A stretch of DNA of 64,000 bases from Candidatus Fermentithermobacillaceae bacterium DTU015 (lineage in GTDB: Bacteria > Bacillota > Sulfobacillia > Fermentithermobacillales > Fermentithermobacillaceae). Under the pieces are notes generated by a model that was given only the letters and a program-made list of their open reading frames with translations, was not told the origin of the DNA and did no database searches. The stretch lies in NCBI GenBank assembly GCA_001513185.1, contig LFST01000046.1:18161-82160 (forward strand), read 5' to 3'. The translations under genes and the position numbers were made by a program. Shown here piece after piece: positions 9,570-19,853 of this stretch. Numbering within the stretch: position 1 is the first letter of the stretch; each line of letters begins with the position of its first letter.

Positions 9570-10630
9570 GGGACTACCTTTGGGCAAGCCCTGTGGGCCG
9601 GATCAGGATAATCGAAAAGGGGCTCCTCACCAGGAGCGACCTGGCCAAGGTGTTGGATGCAGGGAATTTGGAAGGGGCCCTTCTGGCACTTAGGGATTCG
9701 TTTTACGGCCCATATGTCTCGAAACTTGAAAACCCAGACATGTTCGAAGTTGCCCTGCAGGAAGCGGTCAAGGCCGTCCACGACAAAGTAATGAAACTTG
9801 CGCCTGAGCCCTTGGTGATTGCTGCGTACAGGGCGCGCCACGATTTTCACAATCTCAAGGTGCTGCTTAAGGCCGAGATGCTCCGGGTTCCCCCTGAAGA
9901 AGGCGCGTTTTCAAGCTTGGGCAACCTTACGCCGGAGGAGCTCAAGGGAGCGCTTGAGCCGGTCCGACGGGGCGAGGCACCTGCGGCACCGCAAGAGCTT
10001 GAGCCTGATTCAGTTGCGGAAAGCGCTTACAAGGTAACTTGCGAGCTGGCAGCGGTGTACGCCCAGGTGTTGGAACAAGATCAAACCAGGCAGCTTACTT
10101 CGTTTGAAGTGGACAGCCTGATAGACAAGTCATATTATGCGTGGGCTGCATCGGTCTACAGCAAGTCCGGGTATGATGCACTTGTGGACATCATTAGGTC
10201 GGAGATTGACATCGTAAACCTCAAGATGGCAGTGAGGGCACGGCGCCTGGGGATTTCAAGCCCTGATTTTGAGGGCATCCTTATCCCCGGAGGCAGCATA
10301 GATACGGCTCGGCTGGCTGAAGGCTACAGCAAAGGCTATGCGGGGATAGCAAGTGCTTACAAAGATACCCGGCTAGAGCGCCTGGCAGCAAGGGGCGTGT
10401 CCTTGGCGCAGAAGGGACAACCGCTTACCGGATGGGAAAGGGAATGCGACAACGCAATGGTGAGGCTGGTTCGCCAGGCAAGGAAGATTAGCTTGGGGCC
10501 CGAGCCCGTGTTTGGATACATGTTCGGCCGGGAACTTGAGGTACGTAACTTGCGGATCATACTTGCCGGAAAGCAGTCCGAGATTTCTGAGCATGAGATA
10601 TCAGAGAGGTTGCGTGAGAGCTATGCCTAA
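9566..10630 (+). CDS. atpC: V-type ATPase subunit C (V0 d-subunit)
   Basis: 354 aa. TTG start overlapping the atpE stop. Operon position and size fit. Confidence 0.78.
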   Translation: MRDYLWASPVGRIRIIEKGLLTRSDLAKVLDAGNLEGALLALRDSFYGPYVSKLENPDMFEVALQEAVKAVHDKVMKLAPEPLVIAAYRARHDFHNLKVLLKAEMLRVPPEEGAFSSLGNLTPEELKGALEPVRRGEAPAAPQELEPDSVAESAYKVTCELAAVYAQVLEQDQTRQLTSFEVDSLIDKSYYAWAASVYSKSGYDALVDIIRSEIDIVNLKMAVRARRLGISSPDFEGILIPGGSIDTARLAEGYSKGYAGIASAYKDTRLERLAARGVSLAQKGQPLTGWERECDNAMVRLVRQARKISLGPEPVFGYMFGRELEVRNLRIILAGKQSEISEHEISERLRESYA

Positions 10631-10946
10631 GGTAGCTGTGCTAGGCCAAAGAGACGCGGTGTTGGGGTTTAAGGCCAGCGGAGCGGTTGCGTTTCCCGCA
10701 GACAATCCTAATGAAGCCCGCGAGCACCTAAGAGCCATATTGCAGGGCGACTATGCGATCTTACTTGTGACCGAAGAGATGGCTGAGATCTTGGAAAAAG
10801 ATCTTGAGCCTTTGTACGATATGCCGAAACCCGTGGTTACGATTTTGCCCGATGCACGTAAACCCAGGGGTGTGGGTATGGAACTTTTGCGTAAACGCGT
10901 GGAAAGAGCGGTTGGGGCAGACATTTTGTTCAAGGGAGAGGAATGA
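10623..10946 (+). CDS. atpF: V-type ATPase subunit F
   Basis: ATG at 10623 overlaps the atpC stop (ATGCCTAA). The 107-aa product MPKVAVLG...ILLVTEE matches the subunit F pattern. The listed ORF from 10512 is an upstream extension. Confidence 0.8.
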   Translation: MPKVAVLGQRDAVLGFKASGAVAFPADNPNEAREHLRAILQGDYAILLVTEEMAEILEKDLEPLYDMPKPVVTILPDARKPRGVGMELLRKRVERAVGADILFKGEE

Positions 10947-10952
10947 TGCGGC

Positions 10953-12716
10953 GTGGCACACAACCAGGTTACAGGACGGATTGTTAAAGTATCCGGGCCT
11001 TTGGTGGTAGCTTCCGGCATGGCCGGCTGCCGCATGTTCGACGTTGTAAGGGTTGGTAATGACAGGCTTATCGGCGAAGTCATAGAACTTAAAGGCGATA
11101 CAGCTTCAATCCAGGTATACGAGGAAACGTCAGGGGTGGGGCCTGGCGAACCTGTGGTCTCAACGGGAGTTCCTCTAAGCGTCGAACTGGGGCCGGGACT
11201 TATAGGATCCTTCTTTGACGGAATTCAGAGGCCTCTTAACGTTCTGGCGGAAATGGCAGGAGATTTCATCACCCGCGGGCTTGAGGCCCCCGGGCTTGAC
11301 AGGGAAAAGAAGTGGCATTTTGTGCCGGCTGTCGAGGTAGGCCAGGCCGTAAGTCCCGGTGACATCATTGGAACCGTCCAGGAATCCCCCATTATAGTCC
11401 ACAAAGTAATGGTGCCCCCTGATGTGGGCCAAGGCACTGTGAAGTCTATAAACGAAGGTGATTTCACGGTCACCGAGACTGTCTGCGTGGTTGAGACCGA
11501 ACAAGGCGAACAACCCATCACCATGCTTCAAAGATGGCCGGTGCGCCGTCCCAGGCCCGTGAAGGAAAAGCTGCCTCCTTCAGAGCCGCTTATCACAGGA
11601 CAGAGGGTGATAGATACCTTCTTCCCCATTGCTAAAGGGGGCACCGCATGTGTTCCCGGGCCTTTCGGAAGCGGGAAGACGGTTATCCAGCACCAGCTGG
11701 CCAAATGGTCCAACGCCGAAATTATCGTCTACATCGGTTGCGGCGAACGGGGCAATGAGATGACCGACGTGCTTATGGAGTTCCCTGAACTCATCGACCC
11801 CAACACAGGCAGGCCCCTGATGGAACGCACTATTCTGGTGGCCAACACATCCAACATGCCTGTGGCCGCCCGTGAAGCGTCGATATATACCGGTATTACC
11901 ATCGCTGAATACTACAGGGATATGGGTTACGATGTAGCGCTTATGGCAGACTCCACATCCAGGTGGGCTGAGGCGCTAAGGGAAATTTCAGGCCGCCTTG
12001 AGGAGATGCCAGGTGAAGAAGGGTATCCTGCATATCTGGGCTCAAGGCTTGCAGAGTTCTACGAGAGGGCAGGCAAGGCCAGGCTTTTGAGTTCTGATGA
12101 CCGTATCGGTGCGGTAAGCGTAATCGGTGCCGTATCTCCTCCCGGTGGCGACCTGTCTGAGCCTGTAACCCAGTCTACTCTGCGCATTGTGAAGGTGTTC
12201 TGGGGACTGGATGACCGGCTGGCTGCCAGGAAACACTTCCCGGCGATTAACTGGCTTAACAGCTACTCCCTTTATACTGACAGGCTTGACCCTTACTACA
12301 GGGAAGCTCTGGGAGGGGATTTCCCCGACATGCGCGACCAAGCCATGGCTCTGCTTCAGGAAGAAGACGAGCTTATGGAAATCGTAAGGCTGGTCGGCGT
12401 GGATTCCTTGTCTGACAGGCAGAGGATGGTGCTTGAGACGGCTAAGTCCTTGCGCGAAGACTTCTTGTACCAGAGCGCGTTTCATGAGATCGACACCTAT
12501 TGTTCCCAGTCCAAGCAGTACGGGCTGCTTAAGATCGTCCTTGAATTCCACCGGGTAGGGATGGAACTTCTCCAAAAGGGCGTAAGGCTTGACACCATCC
12601 TTGGGATGAAGGTAAGGGAGCGTATTGCCAGGGCCAGGACGGTGCCTGAAGCAGAGTGGCCCAAGGAGTACGAGGCGATTATGGCCGCAATACGCGAAGA
12701 ATCACAAAGTTTTTAG
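10953..12716 (+). CDS. atpA: V-type ATPase catalytic subunit A
   Basis: Walker A GPFGSGKT. Non-homologous region and overall 587-aa A-subunit architecture. Confidence 0.95.
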   Translation: MAHNQVTGRIVKVSGPLVVASGMAGCRMFDVVRVGNDRLIGEVIELKGDTASIQVYEETSGVGPGEPVVSTGVPLSVELGPGLIGSFFDGIQRPLNVLAEMAGDFITRGLEAPGLDREKKWHFVPAVEVGQAVSPGDIIGTVQESPIIVHKVMVPPDVGQGTVKSINEGDFTVTETVCVVETEQGEQPITMLQRWPVRRPRPVKEKLPPSEPLITGQRVIDTFFPIAKGGTACVPGPFGSGKTVIQHQLAKWSNAEIIVYIGCGERGNEMTDVLMEFPELIDPNTGRPLMERTILVANTSNMPVAAREASIYTGITIAEYYRDMGYDVALMADSTSRWAEALREISGRLEEMPGEEGYPAYLGSRLAEFYERAGKARLLSSDDRIGAVSVIGAVSPPGGDLSEPVTQSTLRIVKVFWGLDDRLAARKHFPAINWLNSYSLYTDRLDPYYREALGGDFPDMRDQAMALLQEEDELMEIVRLVGVDSLSDRQRMVLETAKSLREDFLYQSAFHEIDTYCSQSKQYGLLKIVLEFHRVGMELLQKGVRLDTILGMKVRERIARARTVPEAEWPKEYEAIMAAIREESQSF

Positions 12717-12731
12717 CATGGGGGAATAAGT

Positions 12732-14117
12732 ATGCCGCTGGAATATACGACCATCACCCAGGTATCAGGGCCGCTGATTGTGGTAGAGCAGGTAGCGGAA
12801 GTTCATTACGATGAACTTGTTGAGATAGAGTCAGGCCAAGGGGAGATCCGCAGGGGCCGGGTGCTTGAAGCCGAACAGGGCAGGGCGCTTGTGCAGCTGT
12901 TTGAAGGCACTTCGGGCCTGGACGTGAGATCTTCTAAGGTAAGGTTTCTCGGACGGGTGCTGGAGATTCCCGTGTCCCCCGATATCCTCGGGCGTGTTTT
13001 CGACGGGGCGGGCAACCCCATTGACGGCGGCCCCAGGATTATACCCGATAAACGGTTGGACATTAACGGCAACCCGATAAATCCGTATGCCCGGGCGTAT
13101 CCTTCAGAGTTCATCCAGACGGGTATCTCGTCTATCGACTGCATGAACCCGTTGGTGAGGGGCCAGAAGCTGCCCATTTTCTCAGGCGCAGGCTTGCCCC
13201 ACGCCCAACTTGCCGCGCAGATTGCAAGGCAGGCGACGGTACTTGGGACACAGGACCCGTTTGCCGTTGTGTTTGCAGCTATGGGCATTACCTTTGAAGA
13301 AGCTGACTTCTTCATCTCAAGTTTCAGGTCTACAGGCGCCCTGGACAGGGCGGTGGTGTTTACCAACCTGGCCAATGACCCTGTAATTGAAAGGATCGCA
13401 ACCCCGCGTATGGCGCTTACGGTGGCTGAGTACCTGGCGTTTGAGCTGGGCATGCACGTGTTGGTAATTATGACCGACATGACTAACTATGCGGAAGCCC
13501 TGCGTGAGATCTCGGCGGCCAGGAAAGAGGTCCCTGGGCGCAGAGGATATCCCGGGTACATGTACACCGACCTTGCTTCCATATACGAAAGGGCAGGGCG
13601 GATCCAGGGTAAGCCCGGTTCGATCACCCAGATTCCCATCCTTACCATGCCTGAAGACGACAAGACCCATCCCATCCCTGACCTGACCGGATATATCACC
13701 GAGGGGCAGATAATCCTGTCACGGGAACTTCACAGGGCAGGGATTTACCCGCCGGTGGATATATCGGTGTCGCTGTCAAGGCTTAAGGACAAGGGTATCG
13801 GCGAAGGCAAGACCCGGGAAGACCATGCCGACGTGCTAAACCAGCTGTCTGACCTCTACGACCGGGGTAAAGAAGCCAGGGAATTGGCTGTAATCCTCGG
13901 CGAGGCAGCGCTTTCTGAGAACGACAAGATCTTCTTGAGGTTTGCCGAGGAGTTCGAGAGGGAATTTGTCAACCAGGGCGTGAATGAAAACCGCAGCATT
14001 GAGCAAACCCTGGACCTCGGCTGGAAGCTCATGTCGCGGCTGCCCAGGATCGAGCTCAAGCGCTTGTCAGAGAAGAACATCGAGAAGTATATGCCCGGCG
14101 CTGAAGTGTCCGGCTGA
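12732..14117 (+). CDS. atpB: V-type ATPase subunit B
   Basis: 461 aa with the SGAGLPH degenerate P-loop region typical of V/A-type B subunits. Confidence 0.95.
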   Translation: MPLEYTTITQVSGPLIVVEQVAEVHYDELVEIESGQGEIRRGRVLEAEQGRALVQLFEGTSGLDVRSSKVRFLGRVLEIPVSPDILGRVFDGAGNPIDGGPRIIPDKRLDINGNPINPYARAYPSEFIQTGISSIDCMNPLVRGQKLPIFSGAGLPHAQLAAQIARQATVLGTQDPFAVVFAAMGITFEEADFFISSFRSTGALDRAVVFTNLANDPVIERIATPRMALTVAEYLAFELGMHVLVIMTDMTNYAEALREISAARKEVPGRRGYPGYMYTDLASIYERAGRIQGKPGSITQIPILTMPEDDKTHPIPDLTGYITEGQIILSRELHRAGIYPPVDISVSLSRLKDKGIGEGKTREDHADVLNQLSDLYDRGKEARELAVILGEAALSENDKIFLRFAEEFEREFVNQGVNENRSIEQTLDLGWKLMSRLPRIELKRLSEKNIEKYMPGAEVSG

Positions 14118-14131
14118 GGGGGTGGCGCAGA

Positions 14132-14815
14132 GTGAGGATCAGGGCCAATGCCACGCGGCAGGAACTTACCCGGCTCAAGAACAGAATACGTATGGCGCAG
14201 CGTGGGCATAGGCTGCTCAAGGACAAGCGGGACCAGCTCATGAGGGAGTTCTTGTCCATTGTCCACGAGAGCCGGAAGTTGAGGCAGGAACTTGAAGAGC
14301 GGCTCAATGCCGCTTACAAGAGTTTTTCCCTGGCCCGGGCAGTGTTGTCCCCTTCGATCCTGGAAGAAGCCCTGATGGTCCCGGGCGGCGCAGAAGAGAT
14401 AGCCGTATCGTACCGGCACATTATGAACGTGGTGGTACCAGAGATGGAAATCGTAGGCCGTGAGGACGGCGAGGAAGCGGACCACGGTGCCAAGGATGAT
14501 AGGGGCGGCGACAGAAGTGACGCAGGGAGACTCCCAAACTATGGTTTGGCCACCACGTCGTCGGACCTGGATGATGCCATAGCTAAGTTCCAGGGGATAT
14601 TGCCTCTGCTGGTTAGGCTATCCTACATTGAACGCACCATACATTTATTGGCAGACGAAATAGAGAGTACCAGACGGAGGGTAAATGCCCTGGAACACGT
14701 GTTAATCCCGGAATTGGAGCAAGCTGTCAAGAGCGTGGAGATGAGGCTTGAGGAAATTGAAAGAGGCAACATATCCAGGCTCATGAAAATCAAGGAAATA
14801 GTCAGGGCCCATTGA
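14132..14815 (+). CDS. atpD: V-type ATPase subunit D (central stalk)
   Basis: 227-aa helical protein (NATRQELTRLKNRI..RGHRLLKDKRD) at the D-subunit position. Confidence 0.85.
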   Translation: MRIRANATRQELTRLKNRIRMAQRGHRLLKDKRDQLMREFLSIVHESRKLRQELEERLNAAYKSFSLARAVLSPSILEEALMVPGGAEEIAVSYRHIMNVVVPEMEIVGREDGEEADHGAKDDRGGDRSDAGRLPNYGLATTSSDLDDAIAKFQGILPLLVRLSYIERTIHLLADEIESTRRRVNALEHVLIPELEQAVKSVEMRLEEIERGNISRLMKIKEIVRAH

Positions 14816-14909
14816 TTTAACAGAAAATTGCTTAACATACCAGCATTACCGGGGATATTGCCGTGCTTTAGACGGACACTAAATGCAGCAAAGATTTAGG
14901 AGCGTGGAT

Positions 14910-16190
14910 ATGAGAAATCTTGCCATTTGGGGTGGAAAGCCCCTTCGGGGAAAAGTACGTTGTGACGGTGCCAAGAATGCTGCCCTGCCGGTATTGGCAG
15001 GCGCACTTCTTATGGATAAAGCTACGATTTTCGAAGTGCCGGACTTGGCTGACGTAAGGACCATGGTCGCCCTTTTGAGGGCAGTGGGCGCTGATGCAAG
15101 ACAAAACCACAATGAGATAACTGTAAGCACTTCCGGCCGCCTTACCCACGAAGCGCCTTATGAGCTTGTGCGCAAGATGAGGGCGTCTTTCCTGGTCATG
15201 GGGCCGCTTTTGGTGCGCTGCGGCCAGGCTTCCATACCCCTGCCGGGCGGGTGTGCCATCGGCCAAAGGCCTGTGGATCTTCACCTCAAGGGATTTGAAG
15301 CCATGGGAGCCAAGATCACGATAGAAAAAGGTTTTGTTCACGCGGTCGCCCCCAAGCTCCACGGCGCCCAGATCTATTTGGACGTGCCGTCGGTGGGTGC
15401 CACCGAAAACATCATGATGGCAGCTTGTCTGGCCCAGGGCGAAACCGTCATAGACAACGCCGCCCAAGAGCCCGAAGTGGTAGATTTGGCCAATTTTTTG
15501 AATTCAGCAGGTGCCAGGATAAAAGGAGCGGGCACATCCAGGATACGGATTGACGGGGTAAAGCGCCTCCGGGCTACCACATACACGATCATCCCCGACA
15601 GGATCGAGGCTGCCACCTACCTAATTGCCGGGGCGATTACCCAGGGCAATGTAACCGTGGAGAACGTGATCCCTTTGCACCTAAAATCGGTGTTGGCCAA
15701 ACTGCAGGAGTGCGGGTTTGCCGTAAATGAATGGAACAAGAGCATTCAAATAGTCGCACCGGGCAGGCCTAGACCGGTGAATATCAAGACCCTTCCGTAT
15801 CCAGGGTTTCCTACCGACGTCCAAGCTCCCTTTATGAGTTTACTCAGCCTGGGGGAGGGTACCAGCATCATCTCTGAAACCATATTTGAGAACCGGTTTG
15901 CCCATGCTGAAGAGCTCAAGCGTATGGGCGCCAAAATCCGCATTGAAGGCTCCAATGCAGTGGTTGAAGGGGTAGCCCAGCTCACAGGTGCCACTGTTCA
16001 AGCCACAGACCTCAGGGCCGGTGCAGCCTTGTGTCTGGCGGCTCTTGCAGCCCAGGGCGTGAGCTATATCACCGGGCTGGAGCATCTGGAAAGGGGCTAC
16101 GCCAACTTGCCCGCGAAGCTCCGTACCTTGGGCGCCAGGGTTGCGGTTTTCGATGAGGCCATAGAACAGGCTTCGGGGTTTATCCCTTGA
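14910..16190 (+). CDS. murA: UDP-N-acetylglucosamine 1-carboxyvinyltransferase
   Basis: MRNLAIWGGKPLRGKV...CAIGQRPVDLH with the active-site Cys region. ATG at 14910 after AGGAG. The listed ORF begins 27 nt earlier. Confidence 0.95.
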   Translation: MRNLAIWGGKPLRGKVRCDGAKNAALPVLAGALLMDKATIFEVPDLADVRTMVALLRAVGADARQNHNEITVSTSGRLTHEAPYELVRKMRASFLVMGPLLVRCGQASIPLPGGCAIGQRPVDLHLKGFEAMGAKITIEKGFVHAVAPKLHGAQIYLDVPSVGATENIMMAACLAQGETVIDNAAQEPEVVDLANFLNSAGARIKGAGTSRIRIDGVKRLRATTYTIIPDRIEAATYLIAGAITQGNVTVENVIPLHLKSVLAKLQECGFAVNEWNKSIQIVAPGRPRPVNIKTLPYPGFPTDVQAPFMSLLSLGEGTSIISETIFENRFAHAEELKRMGAKIRIEGSNAVVEGVAQLTGATVQATDLRAGAALCLAALAAQGVSYITGLEHLERGYANLPAKLRTLGARVAVFDEAIEQASGFIP

Positions 16191-16227
16191 ATGTGCCGGC
16201 GCACTTAACCGCTCATCTTATGTAATA

Positions 16228-16276
16228 AATGCCTCCGTTTCTCAATATTAATCAACAAAGGGTCTTCGGAGGCATT
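16228..16276 (+). promoter_or_regulatory. 10-bp perfect inverted repeat (AATGCCTCCG ... CGGAGGCATT) whose 3' arm contains the spoIID Shine-Dalgarno
   Basis: Arms at 16228-16237 and 16267-16276 with a 29-nt loop. The spoIID ATG is at 16281. Confidence 0.45.
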
Positions 16277-16280
16277 CAAC

Positions 16281-17264
16281 ATGAAAAAGGCCTTCTTGTT
16301 CTTGCTATTCCTTTTTGGCCTGCTGGCCGGGCTTGCAAGCTCCGGGCCGGCTCAAGAGGCTCCGCCTCAATCGCCGGCACCTGCCACAGGCTACCCCCTT
16401 CTCAGGATAGATGTGTATTACGAGCCTGAAGACAAGGTAGTGAGCATGGATCTAGAGGATTATGTTAAGTATGTGGTTGCCTCTGAAATGCCCGCTTCGT
16501 TTCATCTTGAAGCCCTCAAAGCCCAGGCGGTGATCGCTAGGACATATGCACTGCGGAAGATGAAGATTTTCGGTGGTACCCCGTCGGTTCCGGGTAAAGC
16601 CGATGTCACCTCCAACCCCGCCAAAGACCAAGCCTGGAATCCTGAACACGTGCTCAAAGAACGCTGGGGGTTGATTGGATGGTGGATTAACTGGCCCAAG
16701 ATCGAAAAAGCGGTGAGAGAAACCCAGGGATTGATTTTGACCTATAAGGGGTTGCCGGCCGAATCTGTGTACCACTCTACCTGCGGTGGGCAAACCGAAG
16801 CCGCACAAGACGTGTGGGGCAACCACGTGGACTACCTCCAAAGTGTACCCTGCAATTATTGCGCTTCATCTCCACACTACAAACCAACCCAGGTAGTGCT
16901 GTCTTCCAAGCAAGTGTCGGATTCCGTAAGCAAGCTGGGGATAAGCGTCCCCGCCTCCAAGATCCCGCAAACAGGCGTAATTGCGGTTAGTTCTTTATCT
17001 CCTACAGGCCGGGTGAAGCAGGTCTCGGTAGACGGGAAAACAGTGAGAGGACTTGAGTTCAGGTCTGCCCTCAACCTGAAGTCCACAAAGTTCACCTGGT
17101 CGGTACAGGGGGACAATATCGTGTTCCAAGTTGCAGGCTACGGGCATGGGGTGGGCTTATGCCAGTACGGTGCCGACGGCGCCGCCAGGGCCGGCATGAA
17201 CTACCTGGAGATCCTCGCCTACTATTATCCCGGTACCCAGGTGGCCCATATCTTCGAAGAATAA
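16281..17264 (+). CDS. spoIID: Stage II sporulation protein D (SpoIID/LytB domain)
   Basis: N-terminal signal anchor, then the SpoIID domain (VASEMP..EALKAQAVIARTYAL...YHSTCGGQTE). Follows murA, as in B. subtilis. Confidence 0.9.
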   Translation: MKKAFLFLLFLFGLLAGLASSGPAQEAPPQSPAPATGYPLLRIDVYYEPEDKVVSMDLEDYVKYVVASEMPASFHLEALKAQAVIARTYALRKMKIFGGTPSVPGKADVTSNPAKDQAWNPEHVLKERWGLIGWWINWPKIEKAVRETQGLILTYKGLPAESVYHSTCGGQTEAAQDVWGNHVDYLQSVPCNYCASSPHYKPTQVVLSSKQVSDSVSKLGISVPASKIPQTGVIAVSSLSPTGRVKQVSVDGKTVRGLEFRSALNLKSTKFTWSVQGDNIVFQVAGYGHGVGLCQYGADGAARAGMNYLEILAYYYPGTQVAHIFEE

Positions 17265-17385
17265 CCGGCTCAAAAGCAGCAGGCATCAGGCCGAGCCCGA
17301 TCATGAATAAGAAGCCGCGTTTCCTGCTATAGGCCACGAATGATTCCGGCAAATTATGTCAATAATACTTGCCGGAGGTGGTCTT

Positions 17386-18276
17386 ATGCAGGCCGGTGAG
17401 ATGCGACGGCGTAGTGGCGGCAAGTTTCTTGAAAGGGTTCGCAAATTATGGGAACATCTGAGGTCTAGGCGTTTTAGGAGCCACGCCAAAGGCGTTCTGA
17501 TTGTGTTGGGCTGCATGCTCCTATTCAGCGCGGGCATTTTCCTAGGGATGCGGACAAGTTTCAAAGGGGCGCCGGCTTCCGGCATAAACACCCCGGATTT
17601 GAGCGCGTTTTCTACTTCTGGCAACGATCCTTCAGTGCAGGAACCCTCAGCGGGCGAGCCTTCAAATGGTGGTCCGGCCGCCGGGCTTGGTGGGCAGCCA
17701 GGTTTGGGTGAACCTGTGTTCAATCAAGGCGGCGCGGATCCTGGCAACACAGGTGCCGGTGGGACAAACGACGAACAGGAGCCCTTCACAGATCCTTCAA
17801 GCCAAGGGCCTGAAACCCCGGCTACCGGCGATATTGGCTCTCCCGGGCAACAAGGCCCGGCCGGTGACCCTCTGTCCCCGGATGAAGAACCTTTCGCCTT
17901 GGATGGAATCATAATGCCGGCTTCCGGGCAAATTATAAAACGGCCCGGCTGGTTCTACTCAGAACAACTGGGAGACTGGCGTTACTACCCCGGGGTGGCC
18001 ATCTCAACCACACCAGGGGTGGAAGTCAAAGCTGCCGGTGCAGGGGTAATCAAGCAGATTTACCGGGATGATGCCCTTGGCTCGGTGATCGTGATAGGCC
18101 ACGGAGACAGATATGAATCCCGCTATGCAGGGGTGTCCGCTTCAGGCTTGGTTCCGGGGCAACGTATTTCCAAAGGACAGACCATTGGGATCACAGAAGC
18201 AGACGTGCTTCATTTTGAGCTGCTCCATGACGGGGAAGCGGTAGATCTCTCACAACTGCCAAGCCAGGGCAATTAA
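17386..18276 (+). CDS. Membrane-anchored M23/LytM-domain protein with degenerate catalytic motifs (SpoIIQ-like)
   Basis: TM segment, low-complexity linker, and a C-terminal LytM fold. HxxxD is replaced by YPGVAI and HLHFE by VLHFE. ATG at 17386 follows GGAGGTGG. Lies between spoIID and spoIIID. Confidence 0.7.
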   Translation: MQAGEMRRRSGGKFLERVRKLWEHLRSRRFRSHAKGVLIVLGCMLLFSAGIFLGMRTSFKGAPASGINTPDLSAFSTSGNDPSVQEPSAGEPSNGGPAAGLGGQPGLGEPVFNQGGADPGNTGAGGTNDEQEPFTDPSSQGPETPATGDIGSPGQQGPAGDPLSPDEEPFALDGIIMPASGQIIKRPGWFYSEQLGDWRYYPGVAISTTPGVEVKAAGAGVIKQIYRDDALGSVIVIGHGDRYESRYAGVSASGLVPGQRISKGQTIGITEADVLHFELLHDGEAVDLSQLPSQGN

Positions 18277-18357
18277 CAGGTGAGCGGGCTCTTGGTTCAT
18301 GATTTCCCCGCACACGCATATATATTAGCGTAACATCCCACCAAGGGGGACACTTGT

Positions 18358-18609
18358 ATGAATGAAGTGATATGGAAGCGCGCCATCGAGATTGGCCAAT
18401 ACATCAGGGACACACACTCTACTGTCCGTGAGGCTGCCCGCGTCTTCGGGGTTTCCAAGAGTACTGTGCACAAGGATGTTACAGAACGGTTGCCCAAGAT
18501 CCGCCCGCAGCTGGCAAAACTTGTGCGTGAAATATTGGACGTGAACAAAGCTGAAAGACACATCAGAGGGGGAGAAGCTACCAGAAGGAAATACAAAAAA
18601 GCCACCTAA
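18358..18609 (+). CDS. spoIIID: Sporulation transcriptional regulator SpoIIID
   Basis: 83 aa, near-identical core to B. subtilis SpoIIID (GVSKSTVHKD.TERLP...RGGEAT..KYKK). Confidence 0.93.
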   Translation: MNEVIWKRAIEIGQYIRDTHSTVREAARVFGVSKSTVHKDVTERLPKIRPQLAKLVREILDVNKAERHIRGGEATRRKYKKAT

Positions 18610-18701
18610 GCCGCGCCGCCTGACCCAATTTGCCACTTTTAGAAGGATCTTAGCACCAGCTGTAGAACTAACCCGTAGAAACACAGTCGGGGTGGCAAAT
18701 T

Positions 18702-19718
18702 GTGATAGGTGGCAAAAAAGTAGGCATTGACCTCGGAACTTGCTCCGTGTTGGTGATCGTATCAGGCAAAGGCATCGTGTTGAGGGAGCCCTCGGTGATC
18801 GCCAGGCATGTAGAAACCAAGGAGGTCCTGGCAGTAGGTACAGAGGCCAGGAAGATGGTTGGCAGGACGCCTGGCAGCATTGTGACTGTAAGCCCGCTTG
18901 TGGAAGGCGTCATCAACGATTTTGAGGTCACGGAGATAATGCTCCGATACTTCTTGCGCAAAAGCCTTGGGCAGGCCCTGGTGTTCAAACCTACCCTCCT
19001 GCTTTGCGTGCCTGCCGTAGTTACCTCAGTGGAGCGGAGGGCTGTGCTCCATGCAGGCTTGGCAGCAGGAGGCAGGAAGGTTTACCTGATTGAGGAGCCT
19101 CTGGCTGCTGCCCTGGGCGCGGGCATAGACATTACGGCCCCCAAAGGCCACATGGTAGTCGATATCGGAGGGGGCACTACAGACATCGCCGTGCTTTCGC
19201 TCAACGGGATAGTCACGGGCCTGTCTACCCGGGTAGGAGGCAACGCGTTTGACGATGCCATCATAAGGTACATGCGGAGGGAATATACCCTCTACATCGG
19301 CGAATCCACCGCTGAGCAAGTCAAGATTGCCGTGGGGTCAGCCCATCCTGAAGCAAACGAAGATACCAGGTTTGAAGTGAGGGGCAGGGATGCGATTACA
19401 GGGCTTCCTAGGAGCGTAACCGTAAGTTCCGCCGACATCCGGGCCGCGCTGAGGGAATCGCTTGAACTGATTACCCATGCCATAAGGCAGGTACTGGACC
19501 GTACCCCTCCCGAGCTTTTAGGTGACATCATCGACAAGGGTATCGTGCTTACAGGCGGAGGTGCCCTGCTTAAAGGCATAACTCAGCTCATACGGGATGA
19601 TACCGGATTGCCTGTCCACGTGGCAGAAGACCCTGTGTCATGCGTGGCCAGGGGTACCATGGTAGCCCTGGAGAACTTCGACCTTTACAGGGAGCATATC
19701 GAGAGCCTCACTGGTTAA
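18702..19718 (+). CDS. mbl: Rod-shape-determining protein MreB/Mbl
   Basis: Actin-fold motifs (GIDLGT, DIGGGTTD, LTGGGALL). Follows spoIIID, as mbl does in Bacillus. Confidence 0.92.
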   Translation: MIGGKKVGIDLGTCSVLVIVSGKGIVLREPSVIARHVETKEVLAVGTEARKMVGRTPGSIVTVSPLVEGVINDFEVTEIMLRYFLRKSLGQALVFKPTLLLCVPAVVTSVERRAVLHAGLAAGGRKVYLIEEPLAAALGAGIDITAPKGHMVVDIGGGTTDIAVLSLNGIVTGLSTRVGGNAFDDAIIRYMRREYTLYIGESTAEQVKIAVGSAHPEANEDTRFEVRGRDAITGLPRSVTVSSADIRAALRESLELITHAIRQVLDRTPPELLGDIIDKGIVLTGGGALLKGITQLIRDDTGLPVHVAEDPVSCVARGTMVALENFDLYREHIESLTG

Positions 19719-19804
19719 CCGGACAAGTTGGCAAGTTGCGGGTATCGAGCCGATAAGCCCCGCCCAACGGGCGTCCTCACGGTACAAGTTTCTTTCAAGA
19801 AAAT

Positions 19805-19833
19805 CTAATTCGTTTTCCCTCTTGACCGATAAA
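19805..19833 (+). promoter_or_regulatory. Candidate sigma-D (sigma-28) promoter for flgF-flgG
   Basis: CTAA - 17 nt - CCGATAAA resembles TAAA-N15-GCCGATAT, about 20 nt before the flgF RBS. Confidence 0.35.
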
Positions 19834-19853
19834 TGTTCAAGGGGGAATTTTAC

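Noticed and set aside
18277-18357. Possible sigma-E/K-type promoter (CATGATT ... CATATATA) upstream of spoIIID
   Set aside because: The spacing and match to the kmATATT-N14-CATACAnT consensus are marginal by eye. It is not called without a position weight matrix scan.
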